This document shows positions 47,252 to 58,601 of a stretch of DNA of 64,000 nucleotides, piece by piece. The number at the start of each line of letters is the position of its first letter. The stretch's first letter is position 1. A model generated the notes under the pieces. That model ran no database searches. It worked only from the letters and a program-made list of their open reading frames with translations, and had not been told where the DNA came from. The position numbers were made by a program, and so were the translations under genes. Source of the DNA: Candidatus Hydrogenedentota bacterium (GTDB taxonomy: Bacteria > Hydrogenedentota > Hydrogenedentia > Hydrogenedentales > SLHB01); assembly GCA_963668025.2 (NCBI GenBank), contig CAXXTH010000010.1, positions 1,024,001 to 1,088,000 on the forward strand, given 5' to 3'.

Positions 47252-47395
47252 CCTGCGATACATGAAAAAGCGCAGGTTAGCCATGCAATCCTGGTTCTTT
47301 TACCTACTGGTTTACTTTTCCTAATGAATGGAGTATTCTGCTTTCCGTTATGACCGTTATCATCAGAATATGAACATAAGCGGAAAGGAAAATCG

Positions 47396-48181
47396 ATGAA
47401 GATAGACTTATCTAATCAGATAGCGGTAGTCACGGGGGCGACGGGCGACCTCGGCCGCGTCATTACTCGTACGCTGGCGGAATGCGGCGCGGATATTGTA
47501 GTTCATTATCACACGAATCGAGCCAAGGCCGAAGAGTTGGTGCATGAAGTGGGAAAGATGGGCCGCCGGGCCGTTCCCATACAAGCGAGCGTTACCGATT
47601 ATGACGCCGTATGCGCCATGCAAAAGCAGGTGTCGGCGGAGCTGGGCGACGCTTCCATCATCGTCAATAATGCGGTGATTCAATACCAATGGACCCAGAT
47701 TCTGGAACAGGATCCCGCGGACTACGAGCATCAGTTTCAGTCTTGTGCAATGCATAACTTGTATATGGCGAAGGCGTTTGTCCCCGCGATGATCCAGAAG
47801 CGATGGGGGCGGGTGATTGGAATTAACACGGAATGCTCGCTTCAATGCTGGCCTTCGCAATCCGCGTATGTGAGTGGAAAGCATGGCATGAACGCGCTGT
47901 TGCAGTGCTTGGCGAAGGAAGTAGGCGTTCATGGCGTCACAGTGAACCAAGTCGCCCCGGGGTGGATGTTCAGTGATCGGGATCGCGGCCGAAGCGATAC
48001 GCCGTTGGAATTGCAGCAAGTCATTGATTCGTATTCGGCCATGCTGCCGCTGAAGCACCGGGGTGAAGATCAGGACATTGCCAACACGGTGGCTTTTTTT
48101 GCCTCTGATCTAGCCAAGTTCATCACGGGGGCATTCCTTCCCGTAAATGGCGGAGGCGCGGTGCTGCCGCCATGGTTATAG
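47396..48181 (+). CDS. SDR-family oxidoreductase
   Basis: 'VTGATGDLG', 'NNA', 'YVSGK', 'VAPG'. Confidence 0.9.
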   Translation: MKIDLSNQIAVVTGATGDLGRVITRTLAECGADIVVHYHTNRAKAEELVHEVGKMGRRAVPIQASVTDYDAVCAMQKQVSAELGDASIIVNNAVIQYQWTQILEQDPADYEHQFQSCAMHNLYMAKAFVPAMIQKRWGRVIGINTECSLQCWPSQSAYVSGKHGMNALLQCLAKEVGVHGVTVNQVAPGWMFSDRDRGRSDTPLELQQVIDSYSAMLPLKHRGEDQDIANTVAFFASDLAKFITGAFLPVNGGGAVLPPWL

Positions 48182-48221
48182 GCGTTTGCCTCGCATGCCG
48201 GTTGCGGAGCCAATCCATGTG

Positions 48222-49271
48222 TTACGGCGTGCTTTCGCGGACAACGAGCGTCGGTTGAAACTGGATGCGGCGGATCGCGGGATCCTTTGCATTGTCATCA
48301 AGTATCAGCTTGACTGCCGTGCGCCCAAGATGGCGGTAATCCAACTGGACAGTAGTCAGCGATGGCACCGTATATTCTCCGAGCGGAAGTCCGTCGCATC
48401 CTACGACCGCCACATCTGATGGACAGCCAATGCCGCGTTCGTGCAATTTTCGCAGGACTCCCAGCGCCATTTCATCGTTTGTGAACACGCCATCGAATTG
48501 AACGCCCTGGGCGTAAAGAGTATCCACGAAATCGCCAGCCGTGCCAGGAGTGGAATCCGCACAGCATATTAGTTTGGGGTCCACTTCAATGCCGGCTTCG
48601 GAGAAGATATCCCGATATCCTTGTTCGATATCCCGGGAGAAACAGTGTTCAATTGACGCTTTGATGAGGAGAATGCGCTTGCGGCCGCATCGGAGAAGAT
48701 AGCGCACGCCTTGCCGCGCCGCATCGACATAGTCATAACAAACCGATTTATAGGCGCGCGCCAGTTTCGGATCTCCGGAGTAGTCCACCAAGATGGAATC
48801 CGGCTTGAGCGCAAGGAAGGCGGACAATTGAGTGACGGGCATATATCCGACAATGAGCGTTCCTGCGGGCTGCGAACGTTCAATGGCCTGATAGAGCCAT
48901 AGGAATTCGGAATATTCACAGCTCGTGGTGCGAATCACGCAGTCATATCCGTGGGCGCTCAATTCTTGTTCGATGGCGATGAGTAGATCGGAATAGAACA
49001 TATCAGCGGGCACTTTACTCGTGGCTAACACGACATCCACAAATGGAGGCCGTTCTTTCGTGACGAGCTTTGGCCGCCCCATGCCTGCCTTTGGATGATA
49101 TCCCATCTTGTGTGCTGCTTTAACAATTTGGGCCCGGGTGTCTTCGGTTACGGCGGCATCATGCCGCAAGGCGCGGCTAACGGTCATGCGGCTCACGCCG
49201 CATGCTTTCGCGATTTCGGCAATACCGATGCCTCTGCTATTTTTAGCCACTTCTGGACTTTTCTCCTTCAT
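48222..49271 (-). CDS. LacI-family transcriptional regulator
   Basis: 'IAEIAKACGVSRMTVSRAL', 'NDEMALG', 'PSLTTV'. Confidence 0.9.
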   Translation of the reverse strand: MKEKSPEVAKNSRGIGIAEIAKACGVSRMTVSRALRHDAAVTEDTRAQIVKAAHKMGYHPKAGMGRPKLVTKERPPFVDVVLATSKVPADMFYSDLLIAIEQELSAHGYDCVIRTTSCEYSEFLWLYQAIERSQPAGTLIVGYMPVTQLSAFLALKPDSILVDYSGDPKLARAYKSVCYDYVDAARQGVRYLLRCGRKRILLIKASIEHCFSRDIEQGYRDIFSEAGIEVDPKLICCADSTPGTAGDFVDTLYAQGVQFDGVFTNDEMALGVLRKLHERGIGCPSDVAVVGCDGLPLGEYTVPSLTTVQLDYRHLGRTAVKLILDDNAKDPAIRRIQFQPTLVVRESTP

Positions 49272-50080
49272 TTCTGATGAGTTTGCCCTCCGCGCCATGC
49301 GTTTTATTTGAGTTGCATGGAGAACGGAGGCCGAAATAAATAAAAACCGGCTGCTGTGCGGCATTTTTCCCAGCTTGATGGCGGAAGCGCTGCCAGAGCA
49401 AGCAGTAGTTTTGACGCGCAGGGAAACACTCTTTGCAGAGCCCGAATCCACAATAAAGACAACTCTGGTAAAGTATAGTTATTTGTTCTCTTGTCCGCAA
49501 GCACCCGGGAAGGAGCACCCGGGAAGGAGGCATAATCTGTATCCAATTCTTTCATTCAAACCGGCAACGACGCCAAACAGTTGATGCATGCAATGCTCAT
49601 TACTCAACAGGAGCGAACGCTCCACAATTCTGGGTGCACAATTCTGGGCAATGAATAAAAAGTGAGGGATCAATACGCTGTTGATTGGTGATAATGTACA
49701 AATAATAACTGCTTAATCGAAACGAAAACGCGTCTTTACATTCTGTCGTGCAAGGCCAAGTCCTTCGGGGGAGAACAACCCTGCAACCAATAGTTGCAGG
49801 GTTGGGGCATCTACCACCAGCAGCAATTCATCTTATTTCTGGTGATATTGTGGTTGTCGCGCATCCATATGCAAAAGTAAAATCACAGAACATCCAGAAA
49901 GCCGCCGCCAATTATTTGCGGGAAACGGACAATCATCCCCGCTCTGTAGAAGCCTTGTCATGGAGCTGCTGCTCACATGGATAAAAAGGCCTGTATGCGG
50001 CGGCCGTAAACAGAAAGGTATAGGCAAGCGCGAATGGCGTCGTCCAGAGTATACCGAAGCATGTACAAGGAGGAATCAAA

Positions 50081-51361
50081 ATGGCTCTTTCCCCTAGAGA
50101 ACGTGTGCGCAATACTATTAGTCATCGCGAGTCTGACCGCGTTCCACTTGACTTTGGAGCAACTCCCCAGAGTGGCATTCATGCGTCGACTCTGGTTAAG
50201 TTGCGCTCCGCTCTGGGGCTTGAAGAGCATCCCGTGAAACTATGGGAGCCATTTCAGTGTTTAGGGGAAGTGGAGCTGGATCTGATACAGAAACTTAATG
50301 TTGATGTAGTTGGCGTATTTTGCCCAGGAACCTTTCTTGGTTATCGAAATCAGGACTGGAAATCATGGCAGTTGCCAGATGGAACTAATGTACTAGTTGG
50401 CAATGGATTTGTGTATTATGTAGATGCGCAAGGGAATACAACAATCTATCCACAAGGTGATCGAGCTGCATCGCCTTCGGCGCGAATGCCTAAGGGGGGA
50501 GCGTTTTTCGATGCGATCATTCGCCAGAAACCTTTGGATGAGGCTGCTCTTGATCCAGCGGAATATGCGGAAGAATTCACCCTTTTCACGGATGCCGACC
50601 TTGAGGCTATTCAAAAACAAGGAGAGTTCTGGCGTCATGAAACTGATTTGGCAATGATTGGAGTATTTGGGAAAGCCGGTTTTGGAGATATCGCGACTGT
50701 GCCGGGTGTTGCACTAAAAGAACCTAAAGGCATCCGGGATCCGCAGCAGTGGATGATTGCACACATGACGCATCCTGATTATATAAACGAAATCTTCGAA
50801 CTTCAGTGTGAGGTGGTCATCAAGAATCTTGAGCTGTATCGCCAAGCACTCGGCAGCATGGTGGATATTATAACGATTAGCGGAACCGATCTCGGCTCGC
50901 AGATGGGGCCTATGCTATCCGTAGAGATGTTCCGGAACCTATATAAACCCCATTTTAAGCGGGTAAATGATTGGGTGCATTCAAATACCACGTGGAAAAC
51001 CTGGTATCACTGTTGTGGAAGCATTGCGCCATTGATGGAAGATTTTATTGATATGGGCGTTGACATACTAAATCCCATCCAATGCTCCGCGGCAGGAATG
51101 GAGCCTCGCATGCTCAAAAAGCGATTCGGTGAACAACTCGTTTTCTGGGGAGGCGGCGTTGATACGCAGAATACCTTGCCTTTTGGCGCGCCGGAAGAAG
51201 TCTATCAAGAAGTCCTTGAAAGGATTGAGATCCTATTTGATGGCCACACAGGCTTTGTCTTCAACACGATTCACAATATCCTGAGTAATGTGCCTATCGA
51301 GAATATTCTGGCGCTCTTCCGGGCGGTAAACGATTCGCGCAATCTGCCATCATCGTTTTGA
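50081..51361 (+). CDS. UroD/MtaA-family protein
   Basis: 'RERV...H.E.DRVPLD.G', 'DLGSQ', 'HCCGS', 'FWGGGVDTQ.TLPFG', 'IHNI'. Confidence 0.88.
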   Translation: MALSPRERVRNTISHRESDRVPLDFGATPQSGIHASTLVKLRSALGLEEHPVKLWEPFQCLGEVELDLIQKLNVDVVGVFCPGTFLGYRNQDWKSWQLPDGTNVLVGNGFVYYVDAQGNTTIYPQGDRAASPSARMPKGGAFFDAIIRQKPLDEAALDPAEYAEEFTLFTDADLEAIQKQGEFWRHETDLAMIGVFGKAGFGDIATVPGVALKEPKGIRDPQQWMIAHMTHPDYINEIFELQCEVVIKNLELYRQALGSMVDIITISGTDLGSQMGPMLSVEMFRNLYKPHFKRVNDWVHSNTTWKTWYHCCGSIAPLMEDFIDMGVDILNPIQCSAAGMEPRMLKKRFGEQLVFWGGGVDTQNTLPFGAPEEVYQEVLERIEILFDGHTGFVFNTIHNILSNVPIENILALFRAVNDSRNLPSSF

Positions 51362-51376
51362 TAGAAAGTAGAACAT

Positions 51377-52786
51377 ATGATGCCGCAATCTGAGATATCA
51401 TCCAATATTAATATGGCATTCCTCTGGCGCATTTGCCTGGTCGCCACGATGGGAGGATTGAACTTCGGGTATGACTGGGTCGTGATTGGCGGAGCCAAAC
51501 CTTTTTACGAACCCTTTTTCAACATATCCGATAGCTCTTTGCTTCAGGGGTGGGCCATGTGCAGTGCGCTTGTGGGGTGTATGGCAGGCGCATTGGCCTC
51601 TGGCGTCTTGAGCGATCGTTTTGGACGCAAACGCTTATTGATTCTTTCTGGATTATTGTTCACTTTTTCCGCCGCAGGCACGGGATTAGTATCAAACTTT
51701 ATGTGGTTCACTGTTTTTCGCGCGATTGGCGGCGTGGGGATAGGATTGGCTTCAACTCTTTCTCCAATGTACATTGCCGAGGTATCGCCCGCACACATAC
51801 GAGGGCGGTTCGTCTCGATCAATCAGTTGACCACCGTCATCGGACTGCTAGCAGCGCAAATCGTAAACTGGCTCATCGCCCAGCCTGTGCCCGATGCCGC
51901 TTCACTCGAGTTTATCCGGCAGTCTTGGAACGGCCAGTATGGCTGGCGGTGGATGTTTGGGGCAGAAGCCGTACCGGCATTTCTATTTGTTCTGTTGATG
52001 TGCTACGTGCCGGAGAGCCCTCGATGGCTAGTCAAATACGGACGAAGCATCCAAGCGCATCGCATTCTTTCACGAATCGGCGGCGAGGCCCATGCCCGCG
52101 TGGAACTGGCGGATATCCAGACGACGCTGGCCAATGAAGAATCCTCCCATGTTAACTATCGCAATCTGGCCGAACCGAAGCTTTTAAAAATCGTCTGCCT
52201 GGGTGTATTTCTTGCTGTTTTCCAGCAATGGTGTGGGATCAACATAATTTTCAATTATGCCCAAGAGGTTTTCGTGAACGCGGGATATGGTATCAGCGGG
52301 GTCATGGTGAACATCGTGATTACGGGCTTTGTTTTTGTATTGTTCACCTTCGTGGCGATCTTTACAGTCGACCGGTTCGGCAGGCGTATCCTAATGTTGA
52401 TTGGGGCCGGGGGGCTCGCCTGTATTTATGCGGTCCTGGGCGCGGAATACGCACGGCATAGCACCGGCATGCATATGGTTCTTCTCCTCGTTTCCGCTAT
52501 AGCCTGTTATGCGATGTCACTTGCGCCCGTTACTTGGGTCATCCTATCCGAGATTTTCCCCAATCGTATTCGAGGCGCCGCAATGTCGGTGGCGGTCTTT
52601 TCATTGTGGGGAGGCTGTACTGCTCTGACGTTCACGTTTCCATTTTTAAACCGGTCCATGGGTGCGCATGGGACCTTCTGGTTGTACGGGGCGATCTGTG
52701 TGATTGGATTCGTCGTGATCCTGGCGAAGCTTCCTGAAACCAAAGGCAAGTCGCTGGAAGATATCGAACGCGAGCTTGTGGATTAA
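51377..52786 (+). CDS. MFS sugar porter (XylE/AraE-like)
   Basis: 'GGLNFGYD', 'DRFGRK', 'PESPRWL', 'FQQWCGIN', 'PETKGKSLE'. Confidence 0.93.
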   Translation: MMPQSEISSNINMAFLWRICLVATMGGLNFGYDWVVIGGAKPFYEPFFNISDSSLLQGWAMCSALVGCMAGALASGVLSDRFGRKRLLILSGLLFTFSAAGTGLVSNFMWFTVFRAIGGVGIGLASTLSPMYIAEVSPAHIRGRFVSINQLTTVIGLLAAQIVNWLIAQPVPDAASLEFIRQSWNGQYGWRWMFGAEAVPAFLFVLLMCYVPESPRWLVKYGRSIQAHRILSRIGGEAHARVELADIQTTLANEESSHVNYRNLAEPKLLKIVCLGVFLAVFQQWCGINIIFNYAQEVFVNAGYGISGVMVNIVITGFVFVLFTFVAIFTVDRFGRRILMLIGAGGLACIYAVLGAEYARHSTGMHMVLLLVSAIACYAMSLAPVTWVILSEIFPNRIRGAAMSVAVFSLWGGCTALTFTFPFLNRSMGAHGTFWLYGAICVIGFVVILAKLPETKGKSLEDIERELVD

Positions 52787-52864
52787 GCGCTACGGATGTT
52801 ATGCCATTACCAGACGTTTGCTTAGAGCTAGAACAGATAGAACTAAAATATAAGGAGATAGGAA

Positions 52865-54670
52865 ATGAGACTGATTACGCATCTAAGTTTTATCTCGTTA
52901 TTATTCCTGGTAATTGATATGCCAGCTCATGCTCAGAAGCTGGAAGAGGTTAAACCGGCCATGTCAAATACAGCGCTACAGCAATTCGGGAACGCCGAAA
53001 CTACCAATGAAAATAACCTCCAATTTAAAGTTGGTTTTATTGGCTCTCCTCCTGCCCCCAATTTAGAATGGAACAGAGAAAACTTTGAGCGCTTGAAGGA
53101 ATTAGGCTTCAATACTGTCCAACTCAACATCGCCTGGGCATATCGTCCTGGTGGAGAACCATTGAATCTGGAAGATTTGATTGATGTGCCTGAAGAACTC
53201 CTTGGCGCCACACCGATGCTGGGGGATCAGTCACCCGAAAAACGTGTTCAGCGGAATAAGGATCTCCATCAGCGATCCCGGTTAGCCAAAGAGATGGGAT
53301 TTCGTACTATTTTTCATTTTGGCGTGCCTTATGTTGGAGACTCATACTATTCGGATATGCCACCCAACTGCCTGCTGGACGGCAAAACAATAGACCGATG
53401 TGTATACCTGCTGCGGGAGTTCGCAAGAGAGTTTCCTGAGGTCGATGACATCCTAATCTATAACTACGATCAACACGCGTGGCTTTGCAGTGAGTTTGGC
53501 CCCTGCCCACGATGCGCCGGTATTCCCCTGTCTGAACGATTGGTTCCATTTCTAGATACGATGAAATCAGTATGGCGCGAGAACCATCCTGATGGCCGGT
53601 TATGGTGGGAGCCTTGGGAACTCTCGTCCGGCCAGCTTTTTCAATGCATAGACCGCATTGATCCTACTGGTTTAGGTTTGGCTATCCACTGTAACGCCGC
53701 GGAAGTTATGACCGCCATCCCCACGGACCGCATGCTTAAAAACACCGCGCAACTCGCTGGCGAAAAAGGGATCCCGGTGATTGTGGAGTATTTTCTCGGG
53801 GCCGCGAGCGAAGAGGTCGAGCCCTATCTAAACCTCGCGCATCCATTGGCTACCTTGCGAGGCCTCAAAGAGATCGCCCGCATTCCCTATGTGTCCGGCA
53901 TCAAAGAATATTACGGCCTTATGCCCGATAGAGAAGATCCGAACCTGCGTATGACAGGATTGTTTTTCAATCAACCTGATATACAAGAGGCGGAAGCGCT
54001 TGATTTGTTGGCCAAACCATATGGCGAATCTGCTGAGGCAATGAAGGCATTCTGGCGTCTGACTAGTAAATCCGTGGAGCTGTTCCCCTGGGATTGTTCA
54101 TGGACATCCCGGGAGATTGGTAAAAGTGATCCTTCTCATTCGATGAGTGCCGCACTCATCCGGGCCGTATCCTTTCATACTCCAAGCTGGATGTCCACAC
54201 GCAGGGCTGTCCTTATGAATACAGAACCGAATGAAAACCCCGATCCATGGATGCTCGAGGATGTGCAGCTTCGGTGTGAAGCGGCCGCGGATTGCATGGA
54301 AAAAGCGCTTTCAATTGGCCGAGACATCAAAGAGGCCTTGCCAAAGCCTTTAGCTGAAGATTTTGAGAAGAATCTGGAAGATCTTGATGGGATGTGGCGG
54401 CGCACTCGGGCGTATGTATATCACATCCGAGAGACTAATCTTGCGACGAGCATGCGAGTTCTTCGTAATCAAGGCCTTCAGATCCCGCAACGCGCTCTTG
54501 ACGAAATGCTCGCTGTCCTCAAGGCAGACCAAGCGAATCAGAAGCAAGATGAACCCATCGCATCTGCCGTGGCCCTGTTGCAAAAAGATCCCGATGAGTT
54601 TCTCAGGCAGTACTTTACGTCTGGACCGGATAAGTGGTCAAAGGGAGTTTTCAGTTTAACATCGCGGTAA
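52865..54670 (+). CDS. Secreted hypothetical protein, possible TIM-barrel hydrolase
   Basis: Signal peptide; 'LKELGFNTVQLNIAW'. Confidence 0.65.
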   Translation: MRLITHLSFISLLFLVIDMPAHAQKLEEVKPAMSNTALQQFGNAETTNENNLQFKVGFIGSPPAPNLEWNRENFERLKELGFNTVQLNIAWAYRPGGEPLNLEDLIDVPEELLGATPMLGDQSPEKRVQRNKDLHQRSRLAKEMGFRTIFHFGVPYVGDSYYSDMPPNCLLDGKTIDRCVYLLREFAREFPEVDDILIYNYDQHAWLCSEFGPCPRCAGIPLSERLVPFLDTMKSVWRENHPDGRLWWEPWELSSGQLFQCIDRIDPTGLGLAIHCNAAEVMTAIPTDRMLKNTAQLAGEKGIPVIVEYFLGAASEEVEPYLNLAHPLATLRGLKEIARIPYVSGIKEYYGLMPDREDPNLRMTGLFFNQPDIQEAEALDLLAKPYGESAEAMKAFWRLTSKSVELFPWDCSWTSREIGKSDPSHSMSAALIRAVSFHTPSWMSTRRAVLMNTEPNENPDPWMLEDVQLRCEAAADCMEKALSIGRDIKEALPKPLAEDFEKNLEDLDGMWRRTRAYVYHIRETNLATSMRVLRNQGLQIPQRALDEMLAVLKADQANQKQDEPIASAVALLQKDPDEFLRQYFTSGPDKWSKGVFSLTSR

Positions 54671-54808
54671 TCATGACAACCGAGATATGTTTAAACATGA
54701 TGTAATATTTATGCAACAAGTGTCTGCACATATGAGTAGGGTGTGCAGGCGGTATTATTCGGTAGTTTGATTCGATAAAAAAAGACAAGGAAAAAAAGGA
54801 GAATATTT

Positions 54809-55849
54809 GTGAACCATCGAGAGTGCCTGGATGCTTTTTGGGCGGGTGAGCGTCCTGAGCAAATTCCCTACACGATCTATTGGTTGCTATGGCGGGATCA
54901 CCCGAATGATCCCGCATGGCTTCCGATGTTTGAAAAGGGGCTGCGTATAACACATCCCGCCATGGTGGCTATAGAGAGGATGAATGGAGTTGATTTCGAG
55001 GATATAACGTACAGTGAAAATGGAGATGCCATCCGCCGGCTGACAATGAAAACGGAGGTGGGTGAGGTTTCTGCAACATGGCGGAATGGCTGGCAAGATA
55101 CCTACTGGCTAAAGGCCCCTGAAGATTATGCCATCATGCAATATATCGTGGAACACACCACATTATCAGCCGACTACGAGGCAATAGCGCGCACGGAAAA
55201 TGAACTCGGCGAATTTGGCATTGTCCATGGATGGATTGGCCGTACGCCTTTGCAGAAAATATTGGTGGACTACGCCGGCCTAGAAAATTTGGGCATTCAT
55301 CTTCTCATCCACGAAGAAGAAGTACGGAATTTGTATGATGCGCTGTTGGACAATTTCCGCAAGGTGGTTGAAATTGTCGCAAAAGGAACAGCGCGGTATG
55401 TCACCTGTATTGAGAACTTTACCGCCGAGACCTTAGGTTCTAAATTCTATGCGGATATGCTTCTGCCAGTGTATAAGGAGTGTTTTCCAGTATTGCAAGA
55501 AACGGGGAAAATTGTAGGTACGCACTACGACGGAAAGATTGCCTGCTGCAAGGAACTCGTCGCAAAAAGCCCAATCGATATAGTCGAATCCTTTACCGCG
55601 CCTCCAGAGGGAGACATGACATACGATGAGGCGCGCAACGCATGGCCGGGCAAACTTATCTGGTCTAACATTAATGTGTCATCCTATAATCTCAAACCAG
55701 CGGAATTACGCGGGAAGATCCAAAAGTATGTGGCGGATGCGGCCCCGGATGGCCGTTGGTTGGCCTTTGAAGTCTCGGAGGATCTACCCCGGAACTGGCG
55801 GCAGTCCTTGCCCGTCGTGTTGGAGGCATTAAGGGAAATGCGAAACTGA
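54809..55849 (+). CDS. UroD/MtaA-fold protein, divergent
   Basis: 'GERPEQIP', 'RTPLQ', 'ENFT', 'HYDG', 'ESFTAPPEGD'. Confidence 0.7.
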   Translation: MNHRECLDAFWAGERPEQIPYTIYWLLWRDHPNDPAWLPMFEKGLRITHPAMVAIERMNGVDFEDITYSENGDAIRRLTMKTEVGEVSATWRNGWQDTYWLKAPEDYAIMQYIVEHTTLSADYEAIARTENELGEFGIVHGWIGRTPLQKILVDYAGLENLGIHLLIHEEEVRNLYDALLDNFRKVVEIVAKGTARYVTCIENFTAETLGSKFYADMLLPVYKECFPVLQETGKIVGTHYDGKIACCKELVAKSPIDIVESFTAPPEGDMTYDEARNAWPGKLIWSNINVSSYNLKPAELRGKIQKYVADAAPDGRWLAFEVSEDLPRNWRQSLPVVLEALREMRN

Positions 55850-55977
55850 GAAAGCGCCAGGAATTTGGGGCTGAGTGAGTTTGCCCGCTATGCTTTATCG
55901 CATCGAACGAGAGGAATTTTACGTGTTCTGGATTTGTCCTGCTCGTGTGCGGACTGTTCTATGGATGGGGAGCAGCT

Positions 55978-56847
55978 TCATCTTTCGGCCGTCTTGCCGC
56001 CAGACGAATCTTCCTGAGCCGCTGCTTCTATATTTTTAGTGCTCTGAAGCGCATGGGTGATTATGAATTCGACGAGCGACTGGCTTTTGAAAAAACAGTC
56101 AGAGACTTGATGGCCGATACCGTCGATTGCGATCAGTTTGGCATTTCCACCAATATCGCGATAACGGCGCACAATTTCTTCTGAGTTAAGCCCGATGGGA
56201 ACTGGCTGGTCTGCTGTGCCGTGAATATGTAAAATCGGAACGTTCTGTTTCACCAAAGGTAACAGATTCTTGCTAAGGTCCATCCACGGTCCTGCGCCAT
56301 GGATGGCCACAATCTGGTTTCGCCACTCATCCAAGCCTGGCTGCGTCTCAAGTGTTTTTCGGAAACTCTCTAAGTTCGTTAGGGGATGGATGCCAGCCAC
56401 GCAACTCACCCGATCAGGATTTTTCTCCGCCCATTTGTATAACATCAGCCCTCCGCGGCTTTGCGCCAAAAGGCACGGTTTGGCCGACATTCCCCACGAG
56501 CCTGTCAGGCAGTCATAGAAAGCATCGAAGACCTTGACCCCCTCGTCGCTGCCCCAGGACTCACCAACGTCAATGCCTGCTATTGCGATTCCGTGTGCTT
56601 CAAAGGCCTCAAACATCCACTCGTGCGACGCGTCTGGGAGCGAGCCCGTCAATGTGGGGGCATACCACACCCAGGGTTGGGAAATATGGCTTTGCCGCAA
56701 GCCCCGGATGAAGCCATTGTGGCCCATCGCTTCAATTTGAACGGGAGCTTTGCTGCAACCTATTTGGGCGCTGGAGAGCGGCGTGGTAGGTATAACGGCT
56801 GTAAGCGTGACTGTCAGGAAAGCTATCAACATGTTCTGTACCCCCAT
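55978..56847 (-). CDS. Secreted alpha/beta hydrolase
   Basis: Nucleophile elbow 'AQSRGG', 'HIHGTADQPV', 'GIGH'. Confidence 0.8.
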   Translation of the reverse strand: MGVQNMLIAFLTVTLTAVIPTTPLSSAQIGCSKAPVQIEAMGHNGFIRGLRQSHISQPWVWYAPTLTGSLPDASHEWMFEAFEAHGIAIAGIDVGESWGSDEGVKVFDAFYDCLTGSWGMSAKPCLLAQSRGGLMLYKWAEKNPDRVSCVAGIHPLTNLESFRKTLETQPGLDEWRNQIVAIHGAGPWMDLSKNLLPLVKQNVPILHIHGTADQPVPIGLNSEEIVRRYRDIGGNAKLIAIDGIGHQVSDCFFKSQSLVEFIITHALQSTKNIEAAAQEDSSGGKTAER

Positions 56848-57427
56848 TCAATATCAGAAACCACTCAGATGCCATCAATCATATTGATCTGCCCATTATT
56901 CTTTCAATCGAGTATGGCAACCAAAATAGGATGCTAAGGAAGCCCGGAGCCAAACCAACGGCCTATTATTATTATTCTAAGTTTGATCTTGAGAAGAACG
57001 CTTGCACGATATCACCAAGTATATTTCTTCTGCTTTTCTCAATCGACTGTTCTCGCCGTGTCAGGTTCTCGCATAAACAAGCATCGGAACAGGTATGCGT
57101 GTTGGTGATATGGTCATAGTGCATATTCAAGAAACAAGCATCTCCCGCTTTCCCCTTGGCAAGTACACCGCAGGTTAATGAACTTACAGTGAATATGTTT
57201 AAGTTGGTGATATCGTGCAAGCGGGCGTATGGGTAATAAACGCAGAATATAGTCAGTTTTAAAAAAGATGAGTATATAAAAAAAGTAAAAAGCGGGCAGA
57301 TATTTTAAGGGCATAAAACTTCTAATGAATATATAAATGAACGTCTTCTCGTACTCGAACAAACCCAAAAAGTCTGAACAATAACAGGGCTTGATACTGG
57401 ATTCAAAATATAAGGAGAACTAGTACG

Positions 57428-58474
57428 ATGAGTAGACATGGGCGCGGATTCACGTTGATAGAATTGCTTGTCGTGATAGCGATAATAAGCATTCTTGCCG
57501 CTATTCTTTTACCTGCGCTAGCAAGAGCGCGGGAAGCTGCCCGGCGGGCTTCATGCGCCAACAACCTCAAGCAGTGGGGAATCGTCTTGAAGATGTACGC
57601 GAATGAAAGCAAAGGAATGCAATTTCCTCCCCAACAGCATTATAGGCTGGGGGGAATCGGCTATTTTATGGGCCCTGCTTCCGATGAGCTTTATCCGGAA
57701 TACTGGACAGATCCTAACATCATGATTTGTCCATCGGATACCCGCGCAACGGCAGACAACTTTCAGAATTTTCTGCCGTCAGGCTCATTGGATATTCCTG
57801 TAGACATTACCGGAGCGTTGCCGAAAGCAAATTCCGGTGTGGATAAAGAATACACAAAAGCTTGTGTGAATTGTTTACTCTCGCATCCTGTTTCGTATCT
57901 CTATAGTTCGTTTACCTGCCTTGACGGCGCTCAGTTCTACGCTGCGGCGGTGACCAATGCTAACCGGCTCGCAGCCAACTCGATAATGACTACTTTTAAG
58001 CAGCCTGGCCTGCGTAACGCGGGATGCCCGTCACGTTGGAGTACATGCGTCCAAATGACTGGAGATGATGGAGATATCACGCAGGCCGACATGAAGAAGT
58101 GGATGTGGGCAGGCTGGACGGATTCCTATGGCCAGATCCTTACCACAAAGACGATTCCGCGGATGCGCGAAGGCGCGGAACGGTTCTTCATCACCGACAT
58201 CAATAACCCCGCAGGGAGCGCTCAATCCCAAAGCAATCTTTTCGTAATGATCGATGCTTGGGGAGCTTGTTTTTATTGGGGGCCGTCCGAAGACCAAGGC
58301 CAAGTAGCCCGGTTTAATCACGTGCCTGGTGGTAGCAACGTGTTGTTCATGGATGGCCATGTCGAGTTTCAAAAATATGGAGAAGGATTTTTACCGAAAG
58401 GCGACGAAAACAGCAGTCCGGATTTAAACGGACAACTCGCTTTCAGCATGGGGAATTTAGGTGGCATGGGCTGA
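57428..58474 (+). CDS. Prepilin-type N-methylation / DUF1559 protein with H-X9-DG C-terminus
   Basis: '[39 protein letters not shown]', 'CPSD', '[16 protein letters not shown]'. Confidence 0.92.
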   Translation: MSRHGRGFTLIELLVVIAIISILAAILLPALARAREAARRASCANNLKQWGIVLKMYANESKGMQFPPQQHYRLGGIGYFMGPASDELYPEYWTDPNIMICPSDTRATADNFQNFLPSGSLDIPVDITGALPKANSGVDKEYTKACVNCLLSHPVSYLYSSFTCLDGAQFYAAAVTNANRLAANSIMTTFKQPGLRNAGCPSRWSTCVQMTGDDGDITQADMKKWMWAGWTDSYGQILTTKTIPRMREGAERFFITDINNPAGSAQSQSNLFVMIDAWGACFYWGPSEDQGQVARFNHVPGGSNVLFMDGHVEFQKYGEGFLPKGDENSSPDLNGQLAFSMGNLGGMG

Positions 58475-58601
58475 ACCTTTTCACTGCGAAAATGATTGAG
58501 CATTGGCGGGGTCTTCGTCCAGGGTTGGGATATGCGGGCACTTCTGGACGGAGGCCCATTTCTGTTGACATTTTATCAGATGACTTTTAATAATTGTGTG
58601 T

